This document shows positions 59,257 through 64,000 of a stretch of DNA of 64,000 bases, in pieces; position 1 is the stretch's first letter; each line of letters starts with the position of its first letter. This DNA is from Sumerlaeia bacterium (GTDB lineage: Bacteria; Sumerlaeota; Sumerlaeia; SLMS01; JAHLLQ01). Both the position numbers and the translations under genes were made by a program. The notes beneath the pieces were generated by a model. That model did no database searches, had not been told where the DNA came from, and worked only from the letters and a program-made list of their open reading frames with translations. Location: contig JAVJSW010000065.1 in NCBI GenBank assembly GCA_040219255.1, positions 1 to 64,000 on the forward strand, written 5' to 3'.

Positions 59257-62200
59257 TCAGGGAGTCCGGCCAAAAAGGAGCAGGTCGTCCTGATAGAGCG
59301 GTATGTCCGGCGTATCGACCCATTGGCTGGAGATGCCCTCGCGGCTGGGATCGTTGGCACCGTCCCAGTTCGCTTTCCAGTCGGCCAATCGAAGCCGCAT
59401 CTTCAGGTCGCAGACTTCGCCGGCGGGGATTGGCGTCTCCCATCGCAGGTCGACAAAGGCCAGCGACCCACCGCCATAGCGCTGGAGAGTGGCGGGCAAG
59501 ACGGTTCCGCACTTGCTCCAGAAAATGTCGACGGTGACCTGAGACGTATCGATACCGGAAGCGGTCACTTCGCTGGTGTCGATGAAGAAGCGGGCGGTGA
59601 TGTTCTCCGCCGCCATCGCGCTCTCGTTGTGGACGCGCAGGTGATAGCTGGTTTGCTGCGCGTTCTCGCCGGTCACTTTCGCGGTCACGCGCAGGGCGTC
59701 CTCCGGCAGTTCCGGGGTGGGTGGCGGAGGGACCTGGTGCGGCGTGTTCGACGAAGTTGTGCCCGGTTGGGTGCCAAAAACCAATTGGCCCTCCACATAC
59801 ACCGGAATGTTCGGGGCTGGCGCGAACGAAGTCGTCAGGTCCTGGAATGCCGGGTCGTTGGCGCCGTTCCAGGACTGCTGCCAGCCGGACAGACGGGGGC
59901 GGAGCTGCAGTTCACACGTCTGGCCCGCGCCGATGTCTTGGTTCCAGTCCACCTGCACGTAATAGATGTCGCCGCTCCAGGGCTGCGGCGGGGAGAGGCT
60001 GACGCTGCCACATTGGCTCCAGAACACGTCGGTGACGACGTGGCTGGCGGAGAGTCCGGCGGCGATGACTTCGCTGAGGTCGAAGTAGAGCCGCGCAGAG
60101 ACGTTCGCATAAGGCGAAGCGCCGGTGTTGCGCAGACGCAGCTTGTACTGCGTTTCCTGCTTGCTGCCAGTCCAACCCTGAAGTGCCGCCTGCATTTCGA
60201 GGGACGCGGAAATCGGCGTCGGCGATGGTGAAGGCGTGGGCGTGTCCGTCGGCGTCGGGCTTGGAGTCACGGTCGCCGATGGTGTTGGGGTCGGCGTCGG
60301 AGTCGCGGTTGGGGTCGGCGTTCCGCCGCCGGGCAGCGGATTGCAGAGGCTGCTGGGGTGGTGGTTCGACTGACCGTAGCCGGTCAGCGAGGCGCCGACC
60401 AGTGTGCCGTAGATCACGCCGTTATCGAAGGCCATGTCGGCGTGAGGAGCGAGGAGGGCTCCCTGGATGCCGACCCCGTCGAGCGAAACGTGTGTCGCGT
60501 CGGGGAAGTTATAGACGATGCGTTCACGGGTGGCCCCGTTGCGGAGGTCGAAACCGAATTGGCGCATGCGGGCGTTGGCCGCTCCGCGCACGTTCAGAAT
60601 CGCCGAGGCCCCGGCGGGGACGTCGATGGCGAGCGTGTTGGCGCTCCACAGATCGTTGCTCGGCACGTCGAATACGTTGGTGTTCGGGTCCGTACCGGTC
60701 AGGACGATCTGGGCCGTGGAACCGCCCCAGTAGTTGATCTCGACCTGGCCGTTGGCGGGCAGGGCCGCCCAGGCGTCGGAAAGGGCGAGCATTTGGGCCT
60801 CGGCGGCGGCGAAATCGAAGGGCGTGGCCTGGCGGACGTCGCCGCCGAAGCTGGTGTTGCCGGCGATCTGGGCGCTGAGGCCATAGGCCAAGGCGCCGTT
60901 GGGCACGGCTCCGTTCGAGAAGGTCAGATGGCCGCCCACGATCAGGTCGTCTCGGGCATTGCCTGCGAAGGGCAATCGGTCGCCGACGGAGTAGCTCGAC
61001 AGCGTGGCATTGCCGCCGATGGCGAAGCGGCCTTCGACGTCGGTGCCGTTCTGCACGACATCACCGAAGATCAGCACGTTGAAATCCGTGGCGATGTCGA
61101 GCGGGTTCGCTGAGCAGGGGCTGGGCGTCCCCGTGGGTGTAGGTGTGGGTGTCGCCGTCGGCGTCGGGGTCGAAGTCGCTGTGGGAGTCGGCGTTTCCGT
61201 GGGCGTTGGGGTCGGCGTGGGTGTCGGCTCGGTACAGCCTTCGAACTCGTTGGGGCCGTTGGCTCCGACCCAGAAGGCGTTCTTTGCCTCGATGTTGCGG
61301 ACGACGAGGGCCCCGCCGTCGAAGCGGCCGGAGCCGTCGAAGTCGAGGTCCGCGCCGGGGGCGTAGAGCACCATGCTGGCAGTCACCGCGCCCTTGAAGT
61401 GGATCAGGGCGCCGTCGCCGACGTAGATCGAGAGGCGGTCGCTGTCGTCCCAAATGCCGGTGGCATTGAAGGACGAGGCGCCCTTTGTGCTGAGGCCGTC
61501 GCGGGCGAAGAGGTGAGCGGTACCTGTGGCTCCGGCGATGTGCACCGAGGCGCTGCTCTCAAAGGCGAGTTTGCGGAAGGCATAGATGCCGGGTTCGAGC
61601 GTCAGGCGGCCGTTCTTCTTCACCGTGACGTCGCGATAGACGCCTGGGGCCAGGGTTGAGGTGCCCTGGAGCGTGCGATCCGCCGCCGAATCGACCGCGA
61701 AGGCTGAGAAGTCGGCGGAGGGCAGATCGAGGGCGGCGATGGCCGGATCGTAGGCGACATTGGTCGCGGTGGTCGAGCCGCGCTGGTCGATCTCGCCGCC
61801 AGCGCGAACCAACCCGGCCTGCATCGTGCCGCGAATCAAGGCGTCGCCACGGACCAGAAGGGTGCCTTCGTACCAGCCATCGAAGCCGTCGTTCAGCACC
61901 GTGGACCCGCGCAGATCCACATCGCCGAGAGCGACCACGGCGGCGTCACCGATGAGGCCGGTGGGCCATTCGCATGGAGCGGGTGTCGGCGTCGGAGTGG
62001 GCGTCTCCGTCGGAGTTGGGGTCGGCGTATCAGTCGGGGTTGGCGTAGGAGTGGGTGTCTCCGTCGGAGTCGGAGTCGGGGTAGGCGTATCCGTCGGCGT
62101 AGGCGTCGGGGTTGGCGTGGGAGTAGGCGTCTCCGTCGGGGTTGGCGTCGGGGTCGGAGTCGGCGTGTCCGTGGGTGTAGGCGTCGAGGTTGGCGTAGGC

Positions 62201-64000
62201 GTCTCCGTCGGCGTGGGCGTGGGTGTCTCCGTCGAAGTTGGGGTCGGGGTCGGAGTCGGAGTCGGTGTGTCCGTCGGCGTAGGCGTCGGGGTAGGCGTTG
62301 GCGTATCCGTCGGCGTGGGCGTGGGAGTCGGCGTCTCCGTTGCCGTCGGCGTAGGCGTCGGAGTAGGAGTCGGCGTAGGCGTCGGAGTAGGGGTCGGCGT
62401 GGGAGTCGGCGTGGGGGTCACTTCGAGTACCGTGATCGTCTCCGAGGCGAGCGCCGACGGGTTGCCGGCGATGTCGAAGGCCTGGATTTCGATGGTGTGG
62501 ACGCCGATTTGCAGATCGAGCGGCAGCGTCCAGTCGGCATGGTCGGCTCCGTCGGCGGTGAGGAGCCATTGCCAGGCGCCGCCGTCGATGCGGGCGAAGA
62601 CTTCCATCAGGCCTGAGCCCGGCGTGACCTCGTCGGCCGTGCCGGACAGCGTGACCGCGCCATCGTAGGCCGATGGCTGATCGACAGCTGTGATCGCCAC
62701 CACAGGTGCCACGGTATCGATAGCGAAGAGGGTCGAGGTGGTCGGGGCGACGTTGCCGGCGAAATCGCGCCCGTTGACTTCGAGGAAATAAACACCGTCT
62801 TCTATAGCATAATCGCCGGAGGAAACCGTGCGTAGCGGGTCGTCGCCGCCCTCGAATTCTGTGCGGGCGAGGAGGCCTTCGCTCGTGGCGACGTCGTCGT
62901 CGGCCGATGTCCAGGTCAGCGCCACCGGTGCCGTGGCGGCATTGAACCAATAGTCGACGGCGGCCGGGTGTGTGATGGAAATCAAAGGCGGCGTGCGATC
63001 GATAGCAAAGGTGATGGTGCGCGGCCCAGCGGTGTTCTGGGCGTGGTCGGTGGACTGGACCTCGAGGGAGTAAATGCCCTCGGGATAGAAGCCCACGGGC
63101 ACGGCGAAGGGTCCGTCGGCGGTGGCGACTTCGGTCCAGGTGGGGCCGTCTTCGAGGACGCGGCGCTCGACCGAGGCCACGCCGGAGAGCGAATCGCTGG
63201 TGAAGCCGGTGAAGCCCAGGTCGGTGCTGTTCGTGAGGATATACTCCGGTTTATCGAGGGTCAGGAACGGAGGTGTGCGGTCGACGAGCACAAACGCCGT
63301 GGCGGAGTTCGTGTTTCCGGCCGCATCGGTGGCGGAGAAGATCAGGGATTGGTCGCCCTCGGGCAGCGGCAGCGAGAGGTCCAGGCTGGCCGGATCGGGA
63401 CCGTATGGCGTGATGCCCAGCAGCGATTGGAGGCTGCGGCTTTCGACGCCCGAGAGGTTGTCCGAAGTGGTGGCACGGAAGGCGACTTCGCCCGCGTTGG
63501 TGGGGCTGGGGGTCAGGCGCTGGAGCGCCACCGCGGGCGGCGTGCGATCCACGATAACGGTGTCGGCGTTCGGGCGGGCGAGGCCGCGGAAGCTGAGTTC
63601 CGTGGCGGCGCCATCATAGCCCAGCGCTTCGACGCGCCAGAAACGCCACGTGCCCGAAGCGTCGAAGGTCCAGGAGCCAATGCCCGGCGCATCGTCAGCG
63701 AAGTAGTAGGACACGGGGAAGTAAATGCGGCCATCGAGGGAGCCCTCGACGCGGACTTCATAGATCAGCGACTGGGCGGTGCTCCAGAGGGCGAGGCTGT
63801 CCGCCGTGACAACGTCCGGGAATTCGAGATCGAGGACGAAATCGCGATGCGCCAGGGGCGTCGTCATATTGCCATCGAAAAGTACAGCGGGATCGGCCAG
63901 CTGGCCATTGACCGCCAGCGTGACGGTGGCGGGGCTGTCGCCCGCGAGGAGGTCGATGACGGGTTCGGGCGAGACCACCTCGAACCGCGTCCGGGTGCGG
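59257..64000 (-). CDS. Giant modular surface/adhesin protein (5' end beyond the window): discoidin-like, Ig-like, PT linkers, choice-of-anchor A-like, two CBM3-like modules
   Basis: Frame stays open to the edge. DRTPP repeats; [10 protein letters not shown]; [13 protein letters not shown]...YYVQVDW...WNGANDP present twice. Confidence 0.85.
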   Translation of the reverse strand, partial: RTRTRFEVVSPEPVIDLLAGDSPATVTLAVNGQLADPAVLFDGNMTTPLAHRDFVLDLEFPDVVTADSLALWSTAQSLIYEVRVEGSLDGRIYFPVSYYFADDAPGIGSWTFDASGTWRFWRVEALGYDGAATELSFRGLARPNADTVIVDRTPPAVALQRLTPSPTNAGEVAFRATTSDNLSGVESRSLQSLLGITPYGPDPASLDLSLPLPEGDQSLIFSATDAAGNTNSATAFVLVDRTPPFLTLDKPEYILTNSTDLGFTGFTSDSLSGVASVERRVLEDGPTWTEVATADGPFAVPVGFYPEGIYSLEVQSTDHAQNTAGPRTITFAIDRTPPLISITHPAAVDYWFNAATAPVALTWTSADDDVATSEGLLARTEFEGGDDPLRTVSSGDYAIEDGVYFLEVNGRDFAGNVAPTTSTLFAIDTVAPVVAITAVDQPSAYDGAVTLSGTADEVTPGSGLMEVFARIDGGAWQWLLTADGADHADWTLPLDLQIGVHTIEIQAFDIAGNPSALASETITVLEVTPTPTPTPTPTPTPTPTPTPTPTPTATETPTPTPTPTDTPTPTPTPTPTDTPTPTPTPTPTSTETPTPTPTETPTPTSTPTPTDTPTPTPTPTPTETPTPTPTPTPTPTDTPTPTPTPTETPTPTPTPTDTPTPTPTETPTPTPTPAPCEWPTGLIGDAAVVALGDVDLRGSTVLNDGFDGWYEGTLLVRGDALIRGTMQAGLVRAGGEIDQRGSTTATNVAYDPAIAALDLPSADFSAFAVDSAADRTLQGTSTLAPGVYRDVTVKKNGRLTLEPGIYAFRKLAFESSASVHIAGATGTAHLFARDGLSTKGASSFNATGIWDDSDRLSIYVGDGALIHFKGAVTASMVLYAPGADLDFDGSGRFDGGALVVRNIEAKNAFWVGANGPNEFEGCTEPTPTPTPTPTETPTPTATSTPTPTATPTPTPTGTPSPCSANPLDIATDFNVLIFGDVVQNGTDVEGRFAIGGNATLSSYSVGDRLPFAGNARDDLIVGGHLTFSNGAVPNGALAYGLSAQIAGNTSFGGDVRQATPFDFAAAEAQMLALSDAWAALPANGQVEINYWGGSTAQIVLTGTDPNTNVFDVPSNDLWSANTLAIDVPAGASAILNVRGAANARMRQFGFDLRNGATRERIVYNFPDATHVSLDGVGIQGALLAPHADMAFDNGVIYGTLVGASLTGYGQSNHHPSSLCNPLPGGGTPTPTATPTPTPTPSATVTPSPTPTDTPTPSPSPTPISASLEMQAALQGWTGSKQETQYKLRLRNTGASPYANVSARLYFDLSEVIAAGLSASHVVTDVFWSQCGSVSLSPPQPWSGDIYYVQVDWNQDIGAGQTCELQLRPRLSGWQQSWNGANDPAFQDLTTSFAPAPNIPVYVEGQLVFGTQPGTTSSNTPHQVPPPPTPELPEDALRVTAKVTGENAQQTSYHLRVHNESAMAAENITARFFIDTSEVTASGIDTSQVTVDIFWSKCGTVLPATLQRYGGGSLAFVDLRWETPIPAGEVCDLKMRLRLADWKANWDGANDPSREGISSQWVDTPDIPLYQDDLLLFGRTP
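60213..60325 (-). repeat. Pro-Thr linker repeat 3
   Basis: Encodes [10 protein letters not shown]...SPTP. Confidence 0.8.
61125..61230 (-). repeat. Pro-Thr linker repeat 2
   Basis: Encodes EPTPTPTP...GTPSP. Confidence 0.8.
61978..62420 (-). repeat. Long Pro-Thr linker repeat (about 145 codons)
   Basis: Hexamer-periodic ACN-CCN array with varied synonymous codons. Confidence 0.9.

Noticed and set aside
61760-62668. Val-Gly repeat ORF, or a possible CRISPR-like array
   Set aside because: Reverse complement of the Pro-Thr linker; no repeat-spacer structure.

Overview
High-GC bacterial chromosomal window. About 1-48.4 kb is mostly housekeeping: rpoD, a JAB-DinG helicase, a transcarboxylase-5S-like carboxyltransferase, fumC, purF-purM, speD, uppP, pdxJ, an msbA-like exporter, ilvE and mutS. 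This part also holds two apparent pseudo-enzymes (a TPR pseudokinase and an M17 peptidase lacking catalytic motifs). From 48.4 kb to the right edge is a minus-strand polymorphic-toxin locus with three genes: a giant adhesin-like protein (discoidin, Ig-like repeats, Pro-Thr linkers, choice-of-anchor A, two CBM3-like modules), a 3302-aa RHS/YD protein with a Cys-less transglutaminase-like head, and an LRR immunity candidate. The RHS tip and the LRR gene form a low-GC cassette. Most notable: predicted RHS autocleavage after DPSGW would expose an N-terminus matching a mature type IV pilin helix (F1, E5, P22), fused to a GIY-YIG nuclease. No rRNA, tRNA, CRISPR array or transposase was recognised. 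All calls come from reading motifs by eye; no database searches were run.
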